Origin: an uncultured delta proteobacterium
Lineage (GTDB): Bacteria; Desulfobacterota; Binatia; UBA9968
Assembly (NCBI GenBank): GCA_963727625.1
Contig: CAVSHR010000012.1
Span: 96,001 to 160,000, forward strand
Direction: 5' to 3'
Length of the DNA: 64,000 nucleotides
In this document: positions 39,439 through 48,326 of the stretch, piece by piece
How positions within the stretch are numbered: the first letter of the stretch is position 1
Layout of the letters: every line of letters starts with the position of its first letter
Program-made: the position numbers and the translations under genes
Notes under the pieces: model-generated
The model's input: the letters and a program-made list of their open reading frames with translations, nothing else
What the model was told of the DNA's origin: nothing
Database searches by the model: none

Positions 39439-40992
39439 ATGGCGCAAACCCGAGAAGAACTCGAAAATAAGCTCGCGGCGCTGGAGAAAGTCGCCCTCGA
39501 TGCAGATCCCAAGGCCGCCGCCAAACAGCGCGCCGAAGGCAAGCTGACCGCCCGCGAGCGCATCGACAAGCTCCTCGACCCCGGCACCTTCGTTGAAGAG
39601 TTCATGCTCGCCGAAACCCAGTGCAGCGATTTCGGCATGGCGGAAAAAAGACTGCCGTCCGACGGCGTGGTCACAGGCTTTGGCAAGATTGACGGCAGGC
39701 CCGTCTACGTCTATTCGCAGGAGCGCGCCGTGCTCGCCGGCAGCGTCGGCAGCGCCCATGCGGAAAAAATCGCCTATGTGATTCAAACCGCGCGCAAGCT
39801 CGGCGTACCGGTCATCGGCTTGAACGATTCCGCCGGCGCGCGCATCCAGGAAGGCTTGTCCGTCACCTCGGCGATCGGCAAGATCTTTTTCGAAAACAGC
39901 ATCGCTTCCGGTTGTATCCCGCAAATCTCTGCGATCATGGGACCCTGCATCGGCGTCGGTTCCTACTCGCCGGCGCTCACAGACTTCATCATCCAAGTGC
40001 AGAACACCAGTCAGATGTTCATCACCGGCCCGGCGGTGATCAAGGAAGTCCTCGGCGAGACGGTCACGATGGAAGAATTGGGTGGCGCGAAAATCCATTC
40101 CGAAGTTTCCGGCGTAACCGATCTGGTCGCCAAAAATGACGCGGAATGTCTGGCGACCATCAGAAAGCTCGTCGGCTTCTTGCCTTCAAGCTTCGAATCC
40201 TCGCCGCCCCGCAAGGAGAGCGGCGACGACCCGGCGCGTGCTCTCGACTCGCTCGTGAAAATCGTTCCCGACGACATGAAGCGAGCCTACAATATCATTC
40301 AAGTCATCAAGGCGATCGTCGACGACGGCGACTTTCTCGAGTTAAAAGCGAAGTTCGCGCGCAATCTGGTCATCGGTTTTGGCCGGCTCGACGGTTACCC
40401 GGTCGGTTTCGTTGCCAATCAGCCGATGTTCCTTGCCGGCAGCCTCGACGTCGACGCTTCGGATAAGGCTGCACGCTTCATCCGCTTCTGCGACGCGTTT
40501 AACATTCCGGTGATCACCTTGATGGACGTCCCAGGCTTTTTCCCGGGCAAACAGCAAGAGGAAAAAGGCATCATCCGACACGGCGCTAAAATGCTCTACG
40601 CTTACGCTGAAGCGACGGTGCCAAAAATCACCGTCGTGTTGCGCAAAGGCTATGGCGGCGCCAAACAGGCGCTGTGCACCCGCGAAATGGGCGCGGATCA
40701 GCTGTTTGTTTGGCCCGGAGTAGAACTGGCGGTCATGGGTGGTGGCGGCGCGGTCAACGTGCTTTACCGTCGCGAGATCGAGCAGTCGGCTGACCCGGCG
40801 CAGACCCGCGCGGAAAAAATCGCGCAGTTTCAGGAGCGATTCAACGGACCTTTCGAAGCCCTTTCAAAGCAATTCGCCCACGCCGCGATCCGGCCGGGCG
40901 AGACGCGCCGGCGCCTGATTCAATCTCTGGAAATTTTACGCTCTAAAAAAGAAGAAAGACCGCGTAAAAAACACGGCATCATGCCGGTGTAG
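39439..40992 (+). CDS. Acyl-CoA carboxyltransferase (MmdA/PccB-like alpha subunit)
   Basis: GKLTARERI, GARIQEG, MFITGP, RFCDAFNIP, DVPGF, RKKHG. Confidence 0.92.
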   Translation: MAQTREELENKLAALEKVALDADPKAAAKQRAEGKLTARERIDKLLDPGTFVEEFMLAETQCSDFGMAEKRLPSDGVVTGFGKIDGRPVYVYSQERAVLAGSVGSAHAEKIAYVIQTARKLGVPVIGLNDSAGARIQEGLSVTSAIGKIFFENSIASGCIPQISAIMGPCIGVGSYSPALTDFIIQVQNTSQMFITGPAVIKEVLGETVTMEELGGAKIHSEVSGVTDLVAKNDAECLATIRKLVGFLPSSFESSPPRKESGDDPARALDSLVKIVPDDMKRAYNIIQVIKAIVDDGDFLELKAKFARNLVIGFGRLDGYPVGFVANQPMFLAGSLDVDASDKAARFIRFCDAFNIPVITLMDVPGFFPGKQQEEKGIIRHGAKMLYAYAEATVPKITVVLRKGYGGAKQALCTREMGADQLFVWPGVELAVMGGGGAVNVLYRREIEQSADPAQTRAEKIAQFQERFNGPFEALSKQFAHAAIRPGETRRRLIQSLEILRSKKEERPRKKHGIMPV

Positions 40993-43615
40993 CGCAACTC
41001 TGGTCGGCGGCATAAACCGGCAGCGATACAAAAAACGTCGTGCCTTTCTCAGGTTCGCTTTCCACCCAGATTCGACCGCCGTGCGCCTCAACAACTTTCT
41101 TGCAAATCGCCAGACCAAGCCCCGTTCCGTCGCGGCTCGAATGTTGTCCGGTGATCACTTGGCGGTATTTATTGAAAATCAATTCGAACTCCTCTCGGGG
41201 TAGGCCGATGCCGGAATCTTTAACCCAGAAAACGACTTCGTTATCGCCCCAGGCACGCGCCGCGAGATCGATCTCCCCTCCGCTTGACGTAAACTTGAAA
41301 GCGTTGCTGAGGAGATTTTCCACCACCTGGCTTATGCGCCGCACGTCGAGCTCCAAGCGCGGCAAGTCATCGCTGATCTCGGCTTTAAGCGCGATCCGTT
41401 TCTTGTCCGCCTCCACCAGATGATCGAGGTGGCATTCATGGAGCAGCGCCTTGAGATCCACCGGTGTTTTGACCAGGTGTAATGCGCCGGCATCGATCTT
41501 GGAGATATCGAGGAAGTCGCCGACATGGTTGATTAAGCTCCGGCAGCTCTCTTGCACCCTCCACAACCACTTGTGCTGCAGATCGGTTACCGTCCCGAAG
41601 ACCCCGTCGCGAATCGAATCGGTGATCGAGAGAATGTTCGACAGCGGCGATCGCAGATCATGGGCGACCATTGCGGTAAAATCAGCAAGAGTTTGCTCCG
41701 CCCGCCTACGTTCTTCGATTTCCCGGCGTAGTTCTTCGTTCGCCTGCACGGTTGCGCTGTAAAGTCTTGCGTTTTCCACTCCGAGCGCGATTTGCCGCGA
41801 CATCGCTTGCAAAAAATGTCTTTCGTCGGCGCTGAACGGGTGCGGCTCCAAACCCATAATCGTAATCGCCGCATGGAGTTGGGATTCCTGACTGAGCGGC
41901 AAAACCGCCAGTGCACGGATCTCGTTGGTCCTAGACGCGGAGGCAAATTCCGGCGCAACCGCAACATCCTCGATAAACCAGGGATTCGTGCAGTCCTCCA
42001 CACATTGCTGAAATTCGCCTCTGAGCCACGTCCATTTCGCCTCGAGATCAATTAAGGAAGTCGGCTTGGCGCCGGTGCCGTAGAAAGTCCGGCCGCCGAC
42101 ATCCTGTGAAAAGCTCGCAAACGCAAAATCAAATCCGCTGGCCCTGGTCAAACGGTTCAAGCCGCGCTCAATCACCTGTTCGATCGAAAGCGTTTCGGCG
42201 ATTTCCTGAGAGACAAGGTTAAGAGACTCAAGCTGATCCGTGTAAGCCAACAGCCGTTCCTCGCCCTTTCGCAGCACGGTGATATCCCGAGTGATGGTAG
42301 CGGCGCCGATAACGTTTCGGTGCACATCGCGAATCGGCGACAGCGACGCAGAAACGTCGAATAGCTGTCCGCTCTTGTGCACTCGCTTGCTCTCATAGCG
42401 ATTGATGCCGCGGCCCTGTTTGACAACCTCTAAAAGCTCCCAGACTTCATCACGGTGCGTCGGTGGAATCAGTTGTAATACCGGACGCCCAAGGACTTCG
42501 GCAGCGGTGAAACCATAGGTCGATTCCGCGCCGTCGTTCCAACTGGTGACGACGCCGTCCAGCGTCATGCCGATGATCGCTTCCTCCGAAGATTCCACGA
42601 TCGCTGCTAGGCGAGCTCGTTCCTCCTCGGCTTGAACCCTGTCTTTCACATAGCCGACGACGAATTTGCTGCCAACCAACCAGGCCAAACCGCCGGCCGC
42701 CAGCGACACAACGATCAACCAGCTTAAATTGCGCGCCAAATCTCGATTGACCTGGCCGAACGCCAGCGCTTTGGGAATTCCGACCATCACGTACATCTGC
42801 CCGGCGGAAGGTTTGAGAGACAGAAGCTTTAGCGCGTAGAGACGATCGACGCCGTCCAAGCCGACCAATTCCCGGCTCATTCGGCGTCGGAGCTGGAGTA
42901 TTTCAAAAAGCGGGGCGTCCGGAATATGTTTGCCCACCCATTTTTCCGAGTCGGGGAACCTCGCCAGCAGAATGCCCTTGCTATCCACGATCGATAGGGA
43001 GACACCGTCAGGCAAGCCGCTTTCCATCGCGAGCTGATTAATCCAATTGACATCGAGAGCCGCAAAGATGACGGCGCGGACGTTGCCCGCGCTATTCAAC
43101 ACCGGCATAGCAAAACTGAGGCTCTGCCTTGCCGGCCTGCCGCGGACATGATAATCGCCGATGGCGAATGCTTTGACCTTGAGCGCTCGGCGAAAGAAGC
43201 TGGCCTGCGTGACTCTTTCGCCGGTCTCGTCGGCGTGAGCGCGGCAGCGCACGAGACCATCCGGATCGGCAACGCCGAGATCGACATATATCCTGTTGTG
43301 CTCGGCGAAGCGGCGCAGAAACTCGCCGCATGCCGCCTCGTTCTCTTTCGCCAATTCCGGCGTCTCGGCCAACAACGACAACAACTGCCTGGCTGAATCA
43401 ATATAGCGCGACTCCCGGATCGCGACATTTTCAGCTATCTCCCAGGCATTCTCCTGCGCCTCCACAATCCGTATGTCCCGGGTTACCTTGGCCTGGTAGA
43501 GGATCAAGCCGAGAATCGGTAAGACGGCAACCAGGATAATGACGATCAGCCGTTGACGGAGTTTGCGTAAGAACGATTCCGTGGCTTGAAGGATGATTTG
43601 GTCAAGTTTCCACAT
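40979..43615 (-). CDS. Sensor histidine kinase (Cache-PAS-GAF-HisKA-HATPase)
   Basis: Two TM segments around an extracellular domain; PAS (AIVESSEEAIIG..WNDGAE); GAF (ALGVENARLY); H-box AHDLRSPL; N-box NLLSNAFKF; G-boxes. Confidence 0.93.
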   Translation of the reverse strand: MWKLDQIILQATESFLRKLRQRLIVIILVAVLPILGLILYQAKVTRDIRIVEAQENAWEIAENVAIRESRYIDSARQLLSLLAETPELAKENEAACGEFLRRFAEHNRIYVDLGVADPDGLVRCRAHADETGERVTQASFFRRALKVKAFAIGDYHVRGRPARQSLSFAMPVLNSAGNVRAVIFAALDVNWINQLAMESGLPDGVSLSIVDSKGILLARFPDSEKWVGKHIPDAPLFEILQLRRRMSRELVGLDGVDRLYALKLLSLKPSAGQMYVMVGIPKALAFGQVNRDLARNLSWLIVVSLAAGGLAWLVGSKFVVGYVKDRVQAEEERARLAAIVESSEEAIIGMTLDGVVTSWNDGAESTYGFTAAEVLGRPVLQLIPPTHRDEVWELLEVVKQGRGINRYESKRVHKSGQLFDVSASLSPIRDVHRNVIGAATITRDITVLRKGEERLLAYTDQLESLNLVSQEIAETLSIEQVIERGLNRLTRASGFDFAFASFSQDVGGRTFYGTGAKPTSLIDLEAKWTWLRGEFQQCVEDCTNPWFIEDVAVAPEFASASRTNEIRALAVLPLSQESQLHAAITIMGLEPHPFSADERHFLQAMSRQIALGVENARLYSATVQANEELRREIEERRRAEQTLADFTAMVAHDLRSPLSNILSITDSIRDGVFGTVTDLQHKWLWRVQESCRSLINHVGDFLDISKIDAGALHLVKTPVDLKALLHECHLDHLVEADKKRIALKAEISDDLPRLELDVRRISQVVENLLSNAFKFTSSGGEIDLAARAWGDNEVVFWVKDSGIGLPREEFELIFNKYRQVITGQHSSRDGTGLGLAICKKVVEAHGGRIWVESEPEKGTTFFVSLPVYAADQSCATPA

Positions 43616-43812
43616 GATCGTTTTTAGCCGCGGCGCGAGGCCGCGAGCGCCTGACTGTGGCAGTCGCGACGGTGCGGTGCGCCTTTGAGAGAATCACGCC
43701 GAGCAGTGATATTGAAGTAAACCATTGTCAATACCGGGAGTTTATTTCCGCGCCCGGAAACCGAGATGCTATGTTGGAGGTTGAGCGAGGCCACAGCGCA
43801 GTTCCCGTCGCT

Positions 43813-44034
43813 TCAGAAATCAGGGTCCCCTTTGTTCAAGCCGGCCGAAGAATTCTCCCGGCGTTCGATCCACTCAGTCAACTGGCTTTCCCGCAGGCGC
43901 CACTGCCCGCCGACTTTAAAAGCCGGCAAATCTCTTCTTCGGATCATTCTTTGCAGCGTACGGGTGGAGACATGGAGCAGCTCCGCTGCCTCCGGCAAGG
44001 TCAAAAGTCTCAATCGATCAAGATGATTGTCCAT
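43813..44034 (-). CDS. Excisionase-like (HTH_17) DNA-binding protein
   Basis: LLTLPEAAELLHVSTRTLQRMI...LPAFKVGGQWR. Confidence 0.88.
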   Translation of the reverse strand: MDNHLDRLRLLTLPEAAELLHVSTRTLQRMIRRRDLPAFKVGGQWRLRESQLTEWIERRENSSAGLNKGDPDF

Positions 44035-44060
44035 CGGCCATTCTCAAGAGCAATTTGATG

Positions 44061-44076
44061 AGCAATGCCGGTGCCA
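44061..44076 (-). promoter_or_regulatory. sigma54 (-24/-12) promoter
   Basis: Minus strand TGGCAC-CGGCA-TTGCT, matching TGGCAC-N5-TTGCW, 26 bp upstream of the HTH start codon. Confidence 0.8.
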
Positions 44077-44339
44077 TTTTTCTTACCGTCGTAATTGTCT
44101 GGTTTTATTGAATAACCCGATGCCGACCTGAGACGATGCAGTACAGAATTGGACAGGTGATGACGACACGCCACAGCCTATGGAACACGGTCTGGGACGG
44201 CCAATCTGATTCAAGCGGTGAAAGGCTAACGATATCGGCGCACGCGATTCGAGCCATTCCAAAACACGCGAAACTTCTGTGCAGAGATTTGGTAGAAATG
44301 TTTTTCTGAGGAGTTGGGTACGGCGCAACCGGGTCGGGT

Positions 44340-46271
44340 CTACTGCTGATAAACAACTACGCCGGCTCGCTCCGGGTCGTAGCCACCGAGCGCCTCGACG
44401 GCCTGCTTAAAAGCATCAGAACGAAGGATTTGCATCAACTTGGCGCCGTAGTCGGATTGGTAAAACGATCGCGTCATCGCCAAATCATACTGTTCATTGG
44501 CCACCGGGATGAAATCGAGCTCCAGCGCCGTCGCCGCCGCGCGCACACCGAGCCCGGCATCGGCAAGCCCGCTGGCGATCGCCACGCCGACGGCCATGTG
44601 GGTAAATTCTTCGCGCTCGTAACCAAAAATCGCCGTCGGATCGACACCGCATTTTTTTAATTCATGGTCGAGCAGGACTCTGGTGCCGGAGCCCGGTTGC
44701 CGATTGACGAAGCGGATGTCAGACCTGGCAAGGTCTTTGAGATCCGTGAGTGCATGAGGATTGCCGCGCGCGACGAGAATCCCCTGCTCGCGCTGGGCCA
44801 GGTGCACGAGCACCAACGGAACCTTGAGAATGGCTTTTTTTATGTCGGGGATATTGTAAACACCGCTCGCCGAATCAAGCAGATGGGTTCCCGCGATGTG
44901 AGTCTCGCCGCGCTCCAACGCGAGCAGACCGCCCAGACTGCCGACGTTGGTGGCGGCGATCTTGAGTTCCGGATGGCTGAGCTTCAATTGATCTTCCAGC
45001 ACGGCGATGGCGAGATCATGGCTGCCGGTGCAGAGTATTGTGTTTTCAATATCGGCCGCCGGCCGAAGCAGTTCGACCTCGGCTACCTCGCCGGCGTTGA
45101 GCCCCTCGACCAGGCTGGGGATTCGCATCAAGCCGTCGGCGCGGACCATCGTCGTGATCACTCCGGCGCCGCGCGCCAGCGGCACCGCCACCAACTTGTC
45201 GCCGACTCTGCCCACGGTCACGCGAATGAACTCTTCCAAACCGAGATGCGAGGCAATTTTTTTTGGCACGACGGCGCGCACCGTCGGCTGCGCGGGCGCG
45301 GCGGAGCCGAGAAACTTTTCCAGCGCAGGGCGAAGCATTTCGCGGGCGATGACGATGGCCGACACTGGATAACCCGGCACGCCGAGGACCGGTTTATTTT
45401 GCGTCCGACCCAAGACCGCCGGTTTGCCAGGCATGACATCGATCCCGTGAGCCAGCAATTCTCCCCCATCAGCGATTACCTCCGAAGTGAAATCATGTTC
45501 GCCGGCCGACGATCCGGCGATGATCGTCACCAAATCGCACTCATCCGCCGCTCGCCGGAGCGCTTGTGTGAGCGCGGTCAAATCATCTTTCGCGCGCGGA
45601 TATTTGACCGGCGTGCCGCCCCATTCGCGAACAAAGGCGGCGAGCACGGTGGAATTGAAATCGATCACCGCGCCCGGCTTGGCTTCCTCGCCGGGTTGAA
45701 TAATTTCGTCGCCGGTGGGAATGATACCCACTCTAGGGCGAGCTTTAACGCGAACCATGGTATGGCCGGCAGCCAACAGCGCGCCAAGATCGTAAGGGCG
45801 CAGCCGATGGGACCTCGGTAAAAGCAGCTCGGTGGCGACCACGTCTTCACCGACCAAGCGAACATGATTCCACGGCGCCACCGACTCGAAAATTTCAATT
45901 GTGTGATCATCGATCTGATGCACCTTTTCGATCATAATCACCGCGTTGGCCCACGGCGGTAGCGCATTCCCGGTATCGACATATTTGAATGCCGCAGGAC
46001 CGGGCGCATCGGAAGCTGTCAAACTGAGCTTCTTACCGGCGAACTCCGTGGCGCCGAAAGTATCTTCAGCGCGCATGCAAATACCGTCCATGGCGGAGGC
46101 GTGATAGTGCGGCGAAGAAATTTTGGCGAAGACCGGCGCCGCCGTGATCCGGTCGAGCGCATCGTCGACGGCGACTTGTTCTGCTCTAATCCCAGACGGA
46201 TCAACGGTCGAAAGGAACAGCTCTCTGGCTTCGATTAGAGTGGTTTTCTTAAGGTAGCGTTTGCGCGCCAT
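44340..46271 (-). CDS. moeA: MoeA fused to a C-terminal PBP-like (molybdate/tungstate-binding type) domain
   Basis: SAMDG, TGDE, AGSSAG..D, PGKP, PGYPVS, then GSHD, GSLGGL, NRQPGSGTR. Confidence 0.93.
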   Translation of the reverse strand: MARKRYLKKTTLIEARELFLSTVDPSGIRAEQVAVDDALDRITAAPVFAKISSPHYHASAMDGICMRAEDTFGATEFAGKKLSLTASDAPGPAAFKYVDTGNALPPWANAVIMIEKVHQIDDHTIEIFESVAPWNHVRLVGEDVVATELLLPRSHRLRPYDLGALLAAGHTMVRVKARPRVGIIPTGDEIIQPGEEAKPGAVIDFNSTVLAAFVREWGGTPVKYPRAKDDLTALTQALRRAADECDLVTIIAGSSAGEHDFTSEVIADGGELLAHGIDVMPGKPAVLGRTQNKPVLGVPGYPVSAIVIAREMLRPALEKFLGSAAPAQPTVRAVVPKKIASHLGLEEFIRVTVGRVGDKLVAVPLARGAGVITTMVRADGLMRIPSLVEGLNAGEVAEVELLRPAADIENTILCTGSHDLAIAVLEDQLKLSHPELKIAATNVGSLGGLLALERGETHIAGTHLLDSASGVYNIPDIKKAILKVPLVLVHLAQREQGILVARGNPHALTDLKDLARSDIRFVNRQPGSGTRVLLDHELKKCGVDPTAIFGYEREEFTHMAVGVAIASGLADAGLGVRAAATALELDFIPVANEQYDLAMTRSFYQSDYGAKLMQILRSDAFKQAVEALGGYDPERAGVVVYQQ

Positions 46272-46286
46272 GGCTTAAAAAGGCCC

Positions 46287-46347
46287 AGGGTTGAGGGTCT
46301 AGAGTCTGGTGTTCGCGAACTCTAGACGCTAAACCCTAAACACTAGA
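46287..46347. repeat. Intergenic inverted element with 7-bp periodic arms (AGAGTCT-like)
   Basis: AGGGTTG AGGGTCT AGAGTCT GGTGTTC ... GAACTCT AGACGCT AAACCCT AAACACT AGAC; related units at about 62188-62220 and 63256-63285. Confidence 0.7.
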
Positions 46348-47586
46348 CTAGAAGAGAATCACATCCACCGCTTCACCCAGCTCCAAACCGTCTTGATTCA
46401 TTTCGATGCGCACCATGCCATCGGCTTTCACCAGGGTAAAAATCGCGCCGGACTTGCTCGGCAGGGGCGTTGCGATAAGCGCTGGCGGATCGCCCTCCAG
46501 CGTCACGCGCACATAATCCTCCCGGCCGATCTGCGAGGCGATGTTGGTCTTCAACGTTGCTTTAACTGTTTTCGTGAAGCGGGTGAGTGCCGCCGCGTTC
46601 TCGCCACCGAGACGGCGAATCATCGGCGCGGCGAACAGATCGAAGATCACCAAGGCCGACACCGGATAACCGGGCAGGCCGAGAATCGGCTTGCCGCACG
46701 CCTTGGCGAAAATCGTCGGCTTCCCCGGCGCGATTGAGATTCCGTGAAAAATAAATTGCGAATCCGGGAAAGAAAGAATGGTTTCGAGCGCGATGTCCTT
46801 GGCGCCCATGGAACTGCCGCCCGATAGCAAAACCAGATTACTCCACTCGAGCGCCTCGCCGATTGCTTTGGTCAGTTCGGCGCGGTCGTCGCGAATCACA
46901 CCCCAATCTCTAAGCGCGCCGCCGCACTCTTCGATCAAACCCGCCAACGAGTGCTGGTTGATGTTGCGCACCTGCCCCGGCAACGGCACCGTGTCGGCAT
47001 CGACGATCTCATCGCCGGTGGAGATCAGCGCAACCCGCGGTCGCTGGTAGACGAGAATCGATGAGATCCCGACGCCGGTCAAGGCGCCGAGGTCATGGGC
47101 ACGCAGGCGCCGACCGTGTTGGAACACCAGCTCGTCTTTTTTGATATCATCGCCGATCTGAATGACGTTTTGCCATGGCGACACGCCGCGATGAATTTCG
47201 ACCAGCCCGGCTGCGGTTTCATCGGTATATTCCACCATCACCACGGCGTCGCTTTCAGGCGGCATCATGCCGCCCGTAGAGATACGGATCGCTTCGCCGG
47301 TCGCTAGCGGTTGCAGCGCCGGTTTGCCCATCTCCACCACGCCGGCCAATTTTAAATACGCCGGCAAACTCTGACTGGCGCCGAAAGTGTCTTTCGCTTT
47401 GACCGCGTAACCGTCCATGGCCGCGCGATGAAAGTGCGGCAGATCAACGCCCGAGTGAAGGTCTTCCGCCATGACGCGGCCCCGCCCTTTCACGGAAGGA
47501 ACCCGCTCGGTGTCAACCGGTTCGACGGCGAGCAAAAGCCGCAGCGCTTCATGCGGCGCTAATACTTTAAAAAACCTCTGAGCCAT
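46348..47586 (-). CDS. moeA: Molybdopterin molybdo/tungsto-transferase MoeA
   Basis: AAMDGYAV, ISTGG, STGDE, SGGSSMG..D, PGKPT, LPGYPVS. Confidence 0.95.
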   Translation of the reverse strand: MAQRFFKVLAPHEALRLLLAVEPVDTERVPSVKGRGRVMAEDLHSGVDLPHFHRAAMDGYAVKAKDTFGASQSLPAYLKLAGVVEMGKPALQPLATGEAIRISTGGMMPPESDAVVMVEYTDETAAGLVEIHRGVSPWQNVIQIGDDIKKDELVFQHGRRLRAHDLGALTGVGISSILVYQRPRVALISTGDEIVDADTVPLPGQVRNINQHSLAGLIEECGGALRDWGVIRDDRAELTKAIGEALEWSNLVLLSGGSSMGAKDIALETILSFPDSQFIFHGISIAPGKPTIFAKACGKPILGLPGYPVSALVIFDLFAAPMIRRLGGENAAALTRFTKTVKATLKTNIASQIGREDYVRVTLEGDPPALIATPLPSKSGAIFTLVKADGMVRIEMNQDGLELGEAVDVILF

Positions 47587-47707
47587 CTTTACCGGATCAT
47601 AAGCAGAACCATGCGCGGAAGCAAATCTTAAACCGGTGAGGCTGTGCTTGACAGAGCGGGAGCTTAGGCAGAAAATCACGCCCGCGAGCCAAACGGAGGA
47701 AAATTCT

Positions 47708-48148
47708 ATGAAGTTGCAGAAGGTCTACCACATGGGCATACCGGTGGATAATTTGGATCGCGCTAAGGATTTCTACACCAACGTGCTCGGCATGGAATAT
47801 CTCGGCCGCGTCGGCGGCAATCCGAATAATCCGGATTCGTTTCCGATCCACGGCGTGGCGCAAAAGCTCGATCGTTTGCACTGCGGCAACGACGATGTGG
47901 TTCTTTTCGAACGGCCGCGCGCGATCGCGCGCGATGCCCTCGAAGAAGACGGCATTGCGCACCAGGCCTTCGACATGGCCTGGGAAGATTATGACGATGC
48001 GTTGAAAACCGCCAAGGAGTTGGGCAAGTATCATCGCAGCGTCGAGCGCGACAGCGGCAACACGATTTATATGTTCGACTCCGAAGGAAACTATTTGGAA
48101 CTACATTTCCCCCGCCCCGGCGGCCGGCGCGCGCGCCCATCGAACTGA
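47708..48148 (+). CDS. VOC/glyoxalase family protein
   Basis: HMGIPVDNLDRAKDFYTNVLGM, HQAF, YMFDSEGNYLEL. Confidence 0.9.
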   Translation: MKLQKVYHMGIPVDNLDRAKDFYTNVLGMEYLGRVGGNPNNPDSFPIHGVAQKLDRLHCGNDDVVLFERPRAIARDALEEDGIAHQAFDMAWEDYDDALKTAKELGKYHRSVERDSGNTIYMFDSEGNYLELHFPRPGGRRARPSN

Positions 48149-48158
48149 ATTTCGGAAT

Positions 48159-48262
48159 ATCTCGCGCAAAGACGCAAAGGCCGCAAAGTTCGGAGATTAA
48201 GGGTGAAAATCATTGATCAGAGTTTTTTCCAATAACCTTGGCGCCTTCGCGCCTTTGCGAGA
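48159..48262. repeat. Intergenic inverted-repeat element, GCAAAG family (copy 3)
   Basis: ATCTCGCGCAAAGACGCAAAGGCCGCAAAGTTCGGA ... CTTGGCGCCTTCGCGCCTTTGCGAGA. Confidence 0.85.
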
Positions 48263-48326
48263 AATGCTCCGAGATAGGGTAAATACTCCGACTCAACCCA
48301 GCAGAATAATTCGTTAGGAACACAAC

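Noticed and set aside
43813-44034. Excisionase as evidence of a prophage or ICE
   Set aside because: No integrase, att-like repeat, tRNA or phage gene is nearby, and the context is regulatory.
27471-45821. Long antisense ORFs 27471-28649, 39322-40098 and 44664-45821
   Set aside because: They mirror well-supported genes on the opposite strand and have no independent coding evidence.
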